From a virus (taxonomy: Duplodnaviria > Caudoviricetes), in IMG/VR virus record IMGVR_UViG_3300037424_001928, positions 1-26,596 of that record: 26,596 nucleotides of DNA; one strand, 5' to 3'. Within the stretch, counting starts at the first letter, position 1. Every line of letters starts with the position of its first letter. Below, piece after piece: positions 17,029 to 24,993 of this stretch. The notes under the pieces were generated by a model, which ran no database searches, was not told where the DNA came from, and saw only the letters and a program-made list of their open reading frames with translations. Both the position numbers and the translations under genes were made by a program.

Positions 17029-18429
17029 TTAAAAGTTTTTTCGAGCTTCCAAATCAATAAATGTGGTTACGTGCTTTTTGAAGTAGGTTGTCAACGATCC
17101 GGTTCTGCCCCCTCGGTGTTTAGCCACAATCAACTCTGCTACATTTGGGAATTGGGTTTCCGGGTTGTAAACTTCATCCCGGTAGATAAAAATGACTGCA
17201 TCGGCATCGTATTCCCAGTTTCCACTTTCGCGCAGGTCAGATAACACGGGCCGCTTATCGTGACGCTCCTCGCATTTTCTGGACAAAGAGGCTACGCACA
17301 CAACTGGGACCTTTAACCCGTTCGCCATCCGCTTGAGCATGGCCGATACCGCGCCTAATTCGGCATCCCGGTTTTGATAGTTCTTACTCACCGTTACCCG
17401 TTGACCATAATCTACCACTATCAAATCAAGGCCATGTTTCCACTGGTGAGTAATAGCTCGCGCTCTAATAGCTTCAATGTTTTGGGTTATGTCATCAATG
17501 GTCAAAGGCCATCTCGAAATACGATCAACTACTTTGTTGATCTCTGAAAACTGGCCGCTAGTTAGCCCCTTGTTTCTCATGGTCTCGGTATCTATGCCGG
17601 TTTCGCTTGACACCAGTCGCTCTACTAGCTCATCACCTATCATCTCCAGGCTAAAATAGAGCACCTTCGCCTGTCGCTTCAGCGTAGCCGTCTTTGTCAT
17701 TTGCAAAACCAGGGCGCTCTTGCCCATCCCGGGACGGCCAGCTACCAGAATGAGTTTTCCCTGCTGTAACCCCCCAAGTATTTTGTCTAGATCGTAAAGG
17801 CCGGTCGGAAGTCCAACTATGTCATTTTCATTAGCGTAGTAGGTATCAAGGGCCTCACTAAACTTCGTGCAAAAGTACCCAATCGAGCGCGCTTGCCCTA
17901 TCTGATTATTGGTAGAAACCTTTAGCAACACGTCGCTAGCTTCCTGGATGATATTGGTGGGGTCATCATCCTTGCTTTCGAAACTAAGCTGGGCAATTTC
18001 CCCGGCTGCGGTTATCAGATTTCGCCGGACCGCGTCCCGCTTTACAGTTCGGGCATAATAACCGGCATGAGCTGAGGTTGGCGTTACATTAAGCAAGTAG
18101 GTTAAATGAGCCGCACCTCCCAGTTCTTCTAGTTGGCCCTGTCGTTCCAGTTCATCGCATAAGCTCACGATGTCACAATGTGCGCCAAGCTTTTTGGCCG
18201 CTGCAAAAACCCAGCCGTTACGATGGATAAAAAAGTCGTCCTGGGTGATGCCTATTTCATCACACCAGATAAGTGCATCCGGGTTAATCAAAATAGAACC
18301 TATCAAAGCTTCCTCGTTTTCAATGTTATGAGGCTGCAACCGGTCAGGCGCTGTGCCGTTGTCCCAAATAGTTGGTTCTTTGGGCTGCGCGCCATTCCTG
18401 CCGTTTTTGTAAGTCTTCTTGATTTCCAT
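17029..18429 (-). CDS. dnaB: Replicative DNA helicase DnaB
   Basis: PHNIENEEALIGSIL, AGRPGMGKS, FSLEM, IVVDY, RPVLSDLRESGNWEYDAD, IVAKHRGG. Confidence 0.97.
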   Translation of the reverse strand: MEIKKTYKNGRNGAQPKEPTIWDNGTAPDRLQPHNIENEEALIGSILINPDALIWCDEIGITQDDFFIHRNGWVFAAAKKLGAHCDIVSLCDELERQGQLEELGGAAHLTYLLNVTPTSAHAGYYARTVKRDAVRRNLITAAGEIAQLSFESKDDDPTNIIQEASDVLLKVSTNNQIGQARSIGYFCTKFSEALDTYYANENDIVGLPTGLYDLDKILGGLQQGKLILVAGRPGMGKSALVLQMTKTATLKRQAKVLYFSLEMIGDELVERLVSSETGIDTETMRNKGLTSGQFSEINKVVDRISRWPLTIDDITQNIEAIRARAITHQWKHGLDLIVVDYGQRVTVSKNYQNRDAELGAVSAMLKRMANGLKVPVVCVASLSRKCEERHDKRPVLSDLRESGNWEYDADAVIFIYRDEVYNPETQFPNVAELIVAKHRGGRTGSLTTYFKKHVTTFIDLEARKNF

Positions 18430-19391
18430 TACGCAACGCCTGCGTTGTGAATTTGCTCTTTGTCCTCTTCGCGCAGGCGCTGGTAAAGAGCCATATCTAT
18501 TTTGGGCAGTGATTGGGGAACGATATTCCCATTTGTGGTCGGCATTGGCCGACCTGCCTGGATCCAGGATTTATACTGGCCCCAAAATTCACCAACTTGT
18601 TTCAATGTCGGAACGGAATCACCCCTCCCGGTCCAATGATGGGTTTTTCGCCATTTTTCAAAGTCAATAACTTCATCCGGCTTGGCATCCTCTTCGGCCA
18701 AAAACGCCAACAGCGATGATAATGATTTAGTTAAATCCTTTGACCTTTTGACAAATGCCCATTTCAATCTGCAAATTTCTAAAACAGATTGGCAAACAGG
18801 ACCGGGCGTTACCTCCTCTGTTGTTTTTGCTGGAGTCTTTGCTGTTATGGATTTTAGACATTGTTGAATTTCGATTTTAGAGTTTGTTGAATTTCGATTT
18901 TCAAGATTGTCTAAAATCGAAATTTCACTATCTTGAATTTCGGGATTGTCTAAATTCGATTTTGAACTATCCTGAATTTCGGGATTGTCTAAATTCGATT
19001 TTGAACTATCCTGAATTTCAACACTGTCTAAAATCGGAAATTGTTTAGCTATTTGGTCAAGAATAAAGGTCATATTGGCTCGATAGTGAATAGTTGGGGC
19101 GCCATTGGCGTTGGTTTTCATCAGGGAAATAAATCCAGCGTTTTCGAGTTCTTTGCCTAACCTTGTTACCTGAGCATAGCTTAGACCGGATTCCGTTTTC
19201 CATTCACTGGCTTTTTTCCAGAAGAAACCGTCTTCGCGGTCACCTTTATCGCTCCACCAAACAATACGATCCAGGAATAGTCCGCGTAACGGATCTCCCG
19301 TGATGGTGATATAGATTTGAGTAGACCATTGCTTCTGACCGGATAATTGCTCGGTCAAGTCAATGATGGTCTGATAGTTATTTGAGGACAT
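18429..19391 (-). CDS. Phage replication initiator (lambda O-like wHTH) containing iterons
   Basis: N-terminal wHTH (DGFFWKKASEWKTESGLS..QV...L...GFI...PTIHYR), central tandem repeats, directly upstream of and coupled to dnaB. Confidence 0.85.
   Translation of the reverse strand: MSSNNYQTIIDLTEQLSGQKQWSTQIYITITGDPLRGLFLDRIVWWSDKGDREDGFFWKKASEWKTESGLSYAQVTRLGKELENAGFISLMKTNANGAPTIHYRANMTFILDQIAKQFPILDSVEIQDSSKSNLDNPEIQDSSKSNLDNPEIQDSEISILDNLENRNSTNSKIEIQQCLKSITAKTPAKTTEEVTPGPVCQSVLEICRLKWAFVKRSKDLTKSLSSLLAFLAEEDAKPDEVIDFEKWRKTHHWTGRGDSVPTLKQVGEFWGQYKSWIQAGRPMPTTNGNIVPQSLPKIDMALYQRLREEDKEQIHNAGVA
18850..19040. repeat. Iteron array / probable replication origin
   Basis: Exact 39-bp tandem duplication (18934-18972 = 18973-19011); a TGTCTAAA(A/T)TCG core recurs four times at 39-bp period (units starting 18905, 18944, 18983, 19022); an inverted core and two ttgttgaatttcgatttt copies lie at 18850-18901; AT-rich. 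Confidence 0.8.
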
Positions 19392-19803
19392 CCAGGCTCA
19401 ACATTTCTTGGCGGCGTAAGTTGATTTTTTTTAGTGCTATAGCGTTCCTGACTTTTTGAACGCATATTCTGGTTTCGTTCCAAACCTCCGAACCGGTAAA
19501 CCGAACTACAGTCCAGCCCATTCGTTCTATTTCTTTTTGGCGGCAATAGTCTTTCAGAATTTGGTCAACAGTTGAATGATAATTGCGCCCATCGACCTCA
19601 ATAGCGGTTTTTTCTTTTTCAATGGCAAAATCAACCCGGTAAGGTCCAATTTGATACTGACAAGTTACACCCTCAAGTTTTAGGTTTTTGGCCTCTTGCA
19701 GAAACAGCTCTTCCATCGGACTTTCTGTTTCAGTTCGACCAATCCCTATCTCTTGCTCGTATAGCTTAATTAACGTACCGAGTTGCCATGTTGCCACTAT
19801 CAC
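19378..19803 (-). CDS. DUF559 / Vsr-like PD-(D/E)xK endonuclease
   Basis: ESPME...QYQIGPYRVDFA...AIEVDG..YH...D..RQ...GWTVVRFTGSEV. Confidence 0.9.
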   Translation of the reverse strand: MIVATWQLGTLIKLYEQEIGIGRTETESPMEELFLQEAKNLKLEGVTCQYQIGPYRVDFAIEKEKTAIEVDGRNYHSTVDQILKDYCRQKEIERMGWTVVRFTGSEVWNETRICVQKVRNAIALKKINLRRQEMLSLDVLK

Positions 19804-19871
19804 CGCACCTCAATTCTCTGCAATCTTCGGGCGTCCCGGATGACGGTTTTAATCCAGTTGATAAGGCTCAT
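19800..19871 (-). CDS. 23-aa peptide (MSLINWIKTVIRDARRLQRIEVR)
   Basis: ATGA overlap with the upstream stop and GTGA overlap with the DUF559 start; GGAGG upstream. Confidence 0.5.
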   Translation of the reverse strand: MSLINWIKTVIRDARRLQRIEVR

Positions 19872-20263
19872 CTTGCCTCCCGGCGATACTTCCGTACAAC
19901 CTCGGTGGCCGTCTTCTCGGTCGCGACCAGGTTGTATCCGGCCAGGCTGGGTAGCAGGTCGAGCAATGTCACCCGGCGCGTCGGTGTTTCTTTTGGCTGG
20001 CCGGCGCGTTTGAGCCAGGTGATCCTGGCGTGAGCGTCGTTGGGGTCCCGACCGTAATTCCTGCTGGCAATGAGCAGATCGAACCCTGCCTCTGGCTGCG
20101 CTGTTAGCCGGGTCAGGGCCGCTTGCATCGCGGTTACGATGATCTGCACCGCATCGGCGGCAAAGCCGTTGCCGAGCATCGTTATGGCGTGTTGGTGGGC
20201 CTTTGGGTCCAGGGTTCGCAACTGGAGCAGTTGCAGCTTGTGAACGGTCTTGAAGGTGGCCAT
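19868..20263 (-). CDS. Hypothetical phage protein
   Basis: Packed operon; AAGGTGGG upstream. Confidence 0.65.
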   Translation of the reverse strand: MATFKTVHKLQLLQLRTLDPKAHQHAITMLGNGFAADAVQIIVTAMQAALTRLTAQPEAGFDLLIASRNYGRDPNDAHARITWLKRAGQPKETPTRRVTLLDLLPSLAGYNLVATEKTATEVVRKYRREAR

Positions 20264-20266
20264 AAT

Positions 20267-20401
20267 TCACCCCACCTTCCCAATTTTGGCGAGTTGGGCT
20301 TTTTTGCAATCGGCACAAATGCCGTGGCTGATTTCCGTGGCGTTTGGGTCTCCACCCAGAAAGCGACCGCACCAGGCACAAATGATTTTGTGGACGCTCA
20401 T
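20267..20401 (-). CDS. 44-aa zinc-finger protein (CAWC...SHGICxxC)
   Basis: ATG 20401 overlaps the upstream stop (ATGA); MSVHKIICAWCGRFLGGDPNATEISHGICADCKK. Confidence 0.75.
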   Translation of the reverse strand: MSVHKIICAWCGRFLGGDPNATEISHGICADCKKAQLAKIGKVG

Positions 20402-20688
20402 TCGAGCACCCCGGCCAGTTCGGCTTCGGACATCTCGACCAGCGAACGGGCCGCCTGGGTGTGATCTTCTGACCAGGCAACTTCGTCGCCGCCAAGGATG
20501 ATGACAAAGTCTGAGCCGAAGGAATAGACGCCATCGGCCAACAGGGGCAGGTGGTGAGACTTGCAGCACACGCAATCACCGCAGTGTTGCCCAAATTGGC
20601 AGGCAGTACAAAAGCGGCTATTCGATTGAATAACTGAGGTGAGTTTTTGCGCAGAAAGCGCCGGATGGGTAATATTAAGGGCAGGCAT
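20398..20688 (-). CDS. Cys-rich hypothetical protein, first gene of the leftward transcript
   Basis: CTACQFGQHCGDCVCC cluster; first ORF after the leftward promoter and structured leader. Confidence 0.6.
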   Translation of the reverse strand: MPALNITHPALSAQKLTSVIQSNSRFCTACQFGQHCGDCVCCKSHHLPLLADGVYSFGSDFVIILGGDEVAWSEDHTQAARSLVEMSEAELAGVLE

Positions 20689-20714
20689 TGCAGAAGCTCT
20701 CTTTCTGTCGTGCT

Positions 20715-20886
20715 AGAGCCGTTTTGGTGTTTGCTGCACCGGGCGGCTCGCCTATTCTTAAGGAAGCAAAAGGGCCAACTCTGTTCTTGTCTGCCAGGAC
20801 GTTGAACGATTGAGTTGGCCCTATTGCTTTCCCTAAAAATAAGGGATATGATAGCTTTGGTTGTTACTTCATCCAACGTCCTGGCA
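20715..20886 (-). ncRNA. Structured 5' leader with interleaved stems (pseudoknot or switch) plus a GC hairpin
   Basis: 13-bp perfect inverted repeat (20792-20804 / 20874-20886) interleaved with a ~17-bp inverted repeat (20764-20781 / 20812-20829), followed by the GAGCCG..GGTG-loop-CACC..CGGCTC hairpin. Confidence 0.55.
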
Positions 20887-20892
20887 CTCACT

Positions 20893-20921
20893 ATAATATC
20901 ATACATCTGTCCTAATGTCAA
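20893..20921 (-). promoter_or_regulatory. Strong leftward sigma70-type promoter
   Basis: On the - strand: TTGACA, 17-bp spacer ending TGa, TATTAT (extended -10). Confidence 0.8.
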
Positions 20922-20952
20922 GACATCTGCTGTAATTGATAATACATCTGTC
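20901..20952. promoter_or_regulatory. Three direct-repeat operator-like sites
   Basis: ATACATCTGTC (20901), AGACATCTGCT (20921), ATACATCTGTC (20942); 20-21 bp period; overlap the leftward promoter and abut the repressor RBS. Confidence 0.7.
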
Positions 20953-20964
20953 AGGGAGGGTAAT

Positions 20965-21192
20965 TTGATACAAGTTAAGCTATTTGAATTTTGGAAGCAA
21001 AAGGAAATCGAGCTTGGCCGCACTATCCAGGTTACTGAGGTATCAAAGGCAACTGGTATTAGCCGTGATACGCTGACACGGTTAAAGGCCGGAAAGACGG
21101 CCCGTCCTGATCTAGCCGTTATTGATAAACTTTGCAGATATTTCGATATTCCCACCGGTACAATTCCTTTTTTGGTTTATGAGGAGGACTAA
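20965..21192 (+). CDS. Cro/CI-type HTH transcriptional repressor (75 aa)
   Basis: AGGGAGGG RBS before TTG 20965; HTH VTEVSKATGISRDTLTRLKAGK...IDKLCRYFD. The longer ORF-track start (20815) runs through the promoter region and is unlikely. Confidence 0.9.
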   Translation: MIQVKLFEFWKQKEIELGRTIQVTEVSKATGISRDTLTRLKAGKTARPDLAVIDKLCRYFDIPTGTIPFLVYEED

Positions 21193-21193
21193 T

Positions 21194-21295
21194 TTATCCG
21201 AAGAACAACCACAACACCATTAGCCCACCGGCTGCATAAGCCAAAGTGGCTATGGTGCAAATGATAAAATCAATCGCGTCGTATCTATCGAACAT
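21194..21295 (-). CDS. 33-aa single-TM peptide
   Basis: GGAGGA RBS; MFDRYDAIDFIICTIATLAYAAGGLMVLWLFFG; stop 1 bp from the repressor stop. Confidence 0.6.
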   Translation of the reverse strand: MFDRYDAIDFIICTIATLAYAAGGLMVLWLFFG

Positions 21296-21298
21296 TGG

Positions 21299-21583
21299 TT
21301 ATTCCTCCCACCGTTTTTTATTCTTCCCGGCCTTCGTGGCCAGTTGCTTTTTCAACCGCTGTATCTCCGCTCTGGCTTCTGTAAGTTGGGCCAGGGCCTG
21401 CTCGTTTTCCCGGTGGTAATCCTCTGCCACCTGCTGCCACTGTTCAGCGCAGGCGATGGCTTTGGCGATTTGGTTGTTCGAGTCGTCAACCAGGCGGTTC
21501 ATCTCATCGAGCAACTGCTCTGGTGATAGCCGTTTGGTTGACGGCCGGCGGGGTTGGCACTTGAGGCCGGTGACGTAGCTCAT
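21299..21583 (-). CDS. Coiled-coil hypothetical protein
   Basis: ATGA overlap at 21580-21583; heptad-rich C-terminal half. Confidence 0.65.
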   Translation of the reverse strand: MSYVTGLKCQPRRPSTKRLSPEQLLDEMNRLVDDSNNQIAKAIACAEQWQQVAEDYHRENEQALAQLTEARAEIQRLKKQLATKAGKNKKRWEE

Positions 21584-21858
21584 ATCGGTAAATTCACGTA
21601 TTCCAAACACTGCTCAAGGCTGGCTTTGGTGAGACTAAAATCACCGACATTTACCCAGTCGTGTTTTTTTGATAAAGGCACAAATCGCTGCACCTGGATG
21701 TAATTCTTGTCCCTGAAAAATCTGACTGGGGGTTGCTCCAATTCAATCGTGGCTCCGGCTTTGAGCAGGGCCAGCAGGGACATATTCGAAGTAAGTGCTG
21801 TCATTTCACGATCCTTAATTCGTGCTCCGGGTAGCTGAGCGTGGTATTTGTGAGCCAT
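21580..21858 (-). CDS. Hypothetical protein (start MAHKY...)
   Basis: TGATG coupling at 21856-21860; GAGGG upstream. Confidence 0.65.
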   Translation of the reverse strand: MAHKYHAQLPGARIKDREMTALTSNMSLLALLKAGATIELEQPPVRFFRDKNYIQVQRFVPLSKKHDWVNVGDFSLTKASLEQCLEYVNLPI

Positions 21859-22031
21859 CAGACCGCCCTCGTTTTGGCCTTGATGATTTTCGCCCTGGCC
21901 GCTTTGACCGCCTCGGTGGTGTGTCCGAACAGCTTGTAATCTGACCACATTGTTTCGATCAGGACACGGCGCATGGCCTGTAAATTCGGCTTTTTGGCCG
22001 CTGGTTTTTGGGATAGCTTAAAACGTGCCAT
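21858..22031 (-). CDS. 57-aa basic hypothetical protein
   Basis: Manual translation MARFKLSQKPAAKKPNLQAMRRVLIETMWSDYKLFGHTTEAVKAARAKIIKAKTRAV; fills the operon gap with coupled ends. Confidence 0.55.
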   Translation of the reverse strand: MARFKLSQKPAAKKPNLQAMRRVLIETMWSDYKLFGHTTEAVKAARAKIIKAKTRAV

Positions 22032-22269
22032 CAGGCGGCCAATCTACGTTGCTCACGGGCGCGTCGTCGGCAATGAGTAGATTGTCGGTCAGGATTGCCC
22101 GTACCACCTCGTCGAGGGTGGTCAGGAGTGCGCCGGCGCGGTTGCGGTAGTGACCGGTGCTCCGGGTCAGGTCTCTGTCGATCCGGCTTACCAGGGCCAG
22201 GGCCGCGCGGTAGGCGGTCTCCCGTTCGGTCATAGCCGGTGTTCTGATCAATTCAGGTATCTGTTCCAC
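22018..22269 (-). CDS. Hypothetical protein
   Basis: GGAGGA RBS; packed operon. Confidence 0.6.
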   Translation of the reverse strand: MEQIPELIRTPAMTERETAYRAALALVSRIDRDLTRSTGHYRNRAGALLTTLDEVVRAILTDNLLIADDAPVSNVDWPPDGTF

Positions 22270-22474
22270 ATTTCCTCCACTTTGTTTCGAGTAGTTGTCT
22301 GATTTTTCGAAGTGCGTTTTGTTGCTTGTTTCCAGCTATAAATGACTGCTCATCCGCAAATTCATATGCCCGCCGGATCAGGGTTTTGTTCTCTAATTCG
22401 GCGTCGTGCAGCAGGGCCAATAGTTCCTCGATTTCTCTTTGCTGTTTATAAGACGAGGCGTAAGCGTTAGTCAT
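22253..22474 (-). CDS. Hypothetical helical protein (start MTNAY...)
   Basis: ATG overlaps the end of the upstream gene; coiled-coil composition. Confidence 0.55.
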   Translation of the reverse strand: MTNAYASSYKQQREIEELLALLHDAELENKTLIRRAYEFADEQSFIAGNKQQNALRKIRQLLETKWRKCGTDT

Positions 22475-22829
22475 TGTTGAGATCGGAATTGCTCTTCCGC
22501 TGAATGTGGTTTTGAGATTTGTTAGTAGCGAAATCGGATGAGAAATAACGCAAAACAACTACAGCCCCGGCCCCGGTTGCCACCGCCAGAAAGACCAGGG
22601 CCACCCACCCCAGCCCCATCAGGGAGACAGTCAAACCACCGCCCAGCAGGACTGATGCCGTACCGTAGACGTAGCAGGCTATCAACTCCTTGACCGTTTT
22701 CGGCAAGACGGCATCGGTATGCCGGGTTAAAAACAGCCGGAATAGATACGGGGCAATGGCGACTAGAAACATCCCCACCAGGACGCCGGTTATCAGGCAA
22801 ACAAAAAATTTGTCATCTTCGATGGTCAT
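22467..22829 (-). CDS. Membrane protein (about 3 TM helices)
   Basis: Three hydrophobic segments; start at MTIEDD (22829). Confidence 0.65.
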   Translation of the reverse strand: MTIEDDKFFVCLITGVLVGMFLVAIAPYLFRLFLTRHTDAVLPKTVKELIACYVYGTASVLLGGGLTVSLMGLGWVALVFLAVATGAGAVVVLRYFSSDFATNKSQNHIQRKSNSDLNND

Positions 22830-23091
22830 AAATTCAATCTTTCGTGATACACTAAAATTACAATCCAATAGGGCAGAATTCCGGCGGACTGCTGACGGTG
22901 GCCGCTCCTCTGCTCATCGTGGTCGCCGGGGAGGGAGAGACAACCCCGGCGGCTCACGCATTTCGCACATTAACAATTTAATCTAAAATGGTACTTCGAT
23001 TTCAGTGTATGTCAGATACGCCACGGTTGCCGCTCTGGACACGCTCTGGACAACGCAGAGCGACAAAAACGCCCGTGGTGTACTTTCCTTC

Positions 23092-24696
23092 CTAAAAATC
23101 AATTTCCTCTTCCTGGGTGACTTCTTCAGCAGCTTTTCCGCCTGGTTGAAATTCACCTCTGGGGAAGAATTTATTCAGTTCGCTTTCGCCGGCGGGCTGA
23201 CCGAACAGGTCAAGCTGTCCGGCGGCTATGGCAGCCTCCCGTTCGGCTTTGACCGCTTCCTGATAGACCTGGTATGCCTCCTCTGGAGCAGGCAGGGTGA
23301 CCGTAGCTTTCCACCTGTCATCCTTGTTGCCGTTGAGTAGCCAATCAAGCAAAGCATCGGCCATGGCGGCGCTCAGGTCAGTGGCGCTGTCGTAACCGGT
23401 GAGCCACTTGAGCGAGGCGTGGTACATTGTTTCGGCCTCTGGAACGGGCTTGAACGCCTCCTGGAACTTGGCGCTCAACAGGTTGGCGGTTTTGCTGCCG
23501 AAGGGGTGCAGAGCGACGGGTAACAGTTGTCCGGTGTTTGGATCGGCCAGGGCGGATTTTGATACTTTCTTTTCCAGTGCTGCTTTCAGGTCGAGGGGGG
23601 AGAGGAGAGGCCGGATTTTGGACTGTTTACCTTTGGTTGGTTGAGGCGTTGGCTCTGGTGGTAATACCGGATCCGGCTCTGGTTGTGTCTCATCCGTAGT
23701 CTCAATCTCAACCTCTTCAAAATCAGCGTCCTCGGAAACGGGCGCTTCCCACTGCGGCGGCTCACTGATGACCGAGGGCGAATCAACAATATCAATACTG
23801 CCCTCCGGCTGACCGGGGGAGAGAGCGTATCTGGCCATGGGGTCTATCAACCGGCGCTGGGCACGAATGAGAGAAATCATATACTCAGGCTCAATCTCCA
23901 ATTGGAGCACGTATTTATCCACTCTCACCCGGCCCGTCGGATTGCCCTTGTGGTCCTTCTTGACCGGGGACATCGAGCGTAAAACACGGCGCAGAATGAA
24001 CGGCACCCCGGCCAGCTTCCTCTTGCCGGTGAGCTCGTAAATGAGTTCCTGGATATTGAGCATCTGCTGAGGAAGCTCTTGCAGGTTGACAATCGAACCG
24101 GTGGAGATTTGAAAATAGGCCATCCGGGGGACAGCTTGCAGCATAACCAGCAGGATACCCCGATTTTTGCACATAGCGCATTTGGCGTAAATACCCGGCT
24201 CGCGCAGGGCCGGGCAGGGCATTTTGTCACCGGCGTTGTGGGACTTCAGTTTATTGTCGGCCATACGCTCGGTAAAGGGCAGGATACACACGCCGTCTTT
24301 TACGGTGGCCTGGCCGGTGGTGGGGTTGATGGCGTGGAGGATATGCTGCCCGTCGCCCTGGCAGGTCATAGAACTGGCCGAGAAGAGCGTCCGGTAGGTT
24401 GGGAAATTCCGGTCAATATCATCGAAGGGGAAGTAAATCTTTAACTCGGTGGGGGTTTCTGTACCCAATGCCTCTGCCACGCCGGGGGCGTCTTTTAGGA
24501 TAAAGTGGCCGGCTTCGGTGGTTACTTGTTTGCCCATATCACCGCTACATTTCGGGCATTTGGTGGTGTCCGGTTCGTCGTGGGATAATTTGTACTTGCA
24601 CTGCTGATTGAGGCAATATCTGGTTTTGTACCCGAGCCGGATGATCCCGGCGCGGGGTACGGATCTCTCGTCTCGTTTTAGCCCTTTTATCGGCAT
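23092..24696 (-). CDS. phiC31 Gp3-like (recombination directionality factor-like) protein with long C-terminal extension
   Basis: MPIKGL...PRAGIIRLG, PTELKIYFP, CQGDG, CPA...CAMCK..G.L, FQISTGS, LAGVPFILRR match the pattern I recall for the Gp3-like family; Pro/Glu linker and acidic EEEIDF tail. Confidence 0.7.
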   Translation of the reverse strand: MPIKGLKRDERSVPRAGIIRLGYKTRYCLNQQCKYKLSHDEPDTTKCPKCSGDMGKQVTTEAGHFILKDAPGVAEALGTETPTELKIYFPFDDIDRNFPTYRTLFSASSMTCQGDGQHILHAINPTTGQATVKDGVCILPFTERMADNKLKSHNAGDKMPCPALREPGIYAKCAMCKNRGILLVMLQAVPRMAYFQISTGSIVNLQELPQQMLNIQELIYELTGKRKLAGVPFILRRVLRSMSPVKKDHKGNPTGRVRVDKYVLQLEIEPEYMISLIRAQRRLIDPMARYALSPGQPEGSIDIVDSPSVISEPPQWEAPVSEDADFEEVEIETTDETQPEPDPVLPPEPTPQPTKGKQSKIRPLLSPLDLKAALEKKVSKSALADPNTGQLLPVALHPFGSKTANLLSAKFQEAFKPVPEAETMYHASLKWLTGYDSATDLSAAMADALLDWLLNGNKDDRWKATVTLPAPEEAYQVYQEAVKAEREAAIAAGQLDLFGQPAGESELNKFFPRGEFQPGGKAAEEVTQEEEIDF

Positions 24697-24992
24697 AATA
24701 ATTTTCCTTTGGGCCGTAACAGGCCGTCTACAATTTCGTAGCTCTCACTCATTTCTGAAATCTCAGCATCCCGCAGGGCCTGGATTGCCGGGACATCCCG
24801 TTTGTGGACAAAGAAGCGGTGTTCAACGCCGGCGCCCTCACAGGCTAACCCGGCATCGTGATACTTTAACGGTCCCAAACATTCAGCGCAGCGGTGGGTG
24901 TACCTGGCAATGTCTCTGTAAACGACCTTGCCACCGATGCGCATCGTTACACTTGGATTAAAGGTGCGGAACTTGCTTTTGGTCCAGGACAT
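24687..24992 (-). CDS. Small zinc-ribbon-like protein (start MSWTK...)
   Basis: ATG directly after the upstream stop; RCAECLGPL...LAC...H. Confidence 0.6.
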   Translation of the reverse strand: MSWTKSKFRTFNPSVTMRIGGKVVYRDIARYTHRCAECLGPLKYHDAGLACEGAGVEHRFFVHKRDVPAIQALRDAEISEMSESYEIVDGLLRPKGKLLCR

Positions 24993-24993
24993 C

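Noticed and set aside
20815-20964. N-terminal extension of the repressor in the ORF track
   Set aside because: It covers the operators and leftward promoter; a strong SD points to TTG 20965 instead.
19800-21155. 451-aa minus-strand ORF
   Set aside because: It runs antisense to the repressor, through the promoter and leader, and out of frame over better-supported genes, and its composition looks off-frame. Only the last 23 codons appear to be a real coupled gene.
22871-22955. tRNA gene
   Set aside because: No cloverleaf, no TTC-containing T-loop in position and no CCA end.
22983-23090. Alternative-frame tail ending EIEVPF and an 11-bp tandem duplication (cgctctggaca x2, 23031-23052) after the Gp3-like gene
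   Set aside because: Could be a relic 3' end or a frameshift extension, but it has no convincing start, RBS or canonical slippery heptamer; too weak to call.
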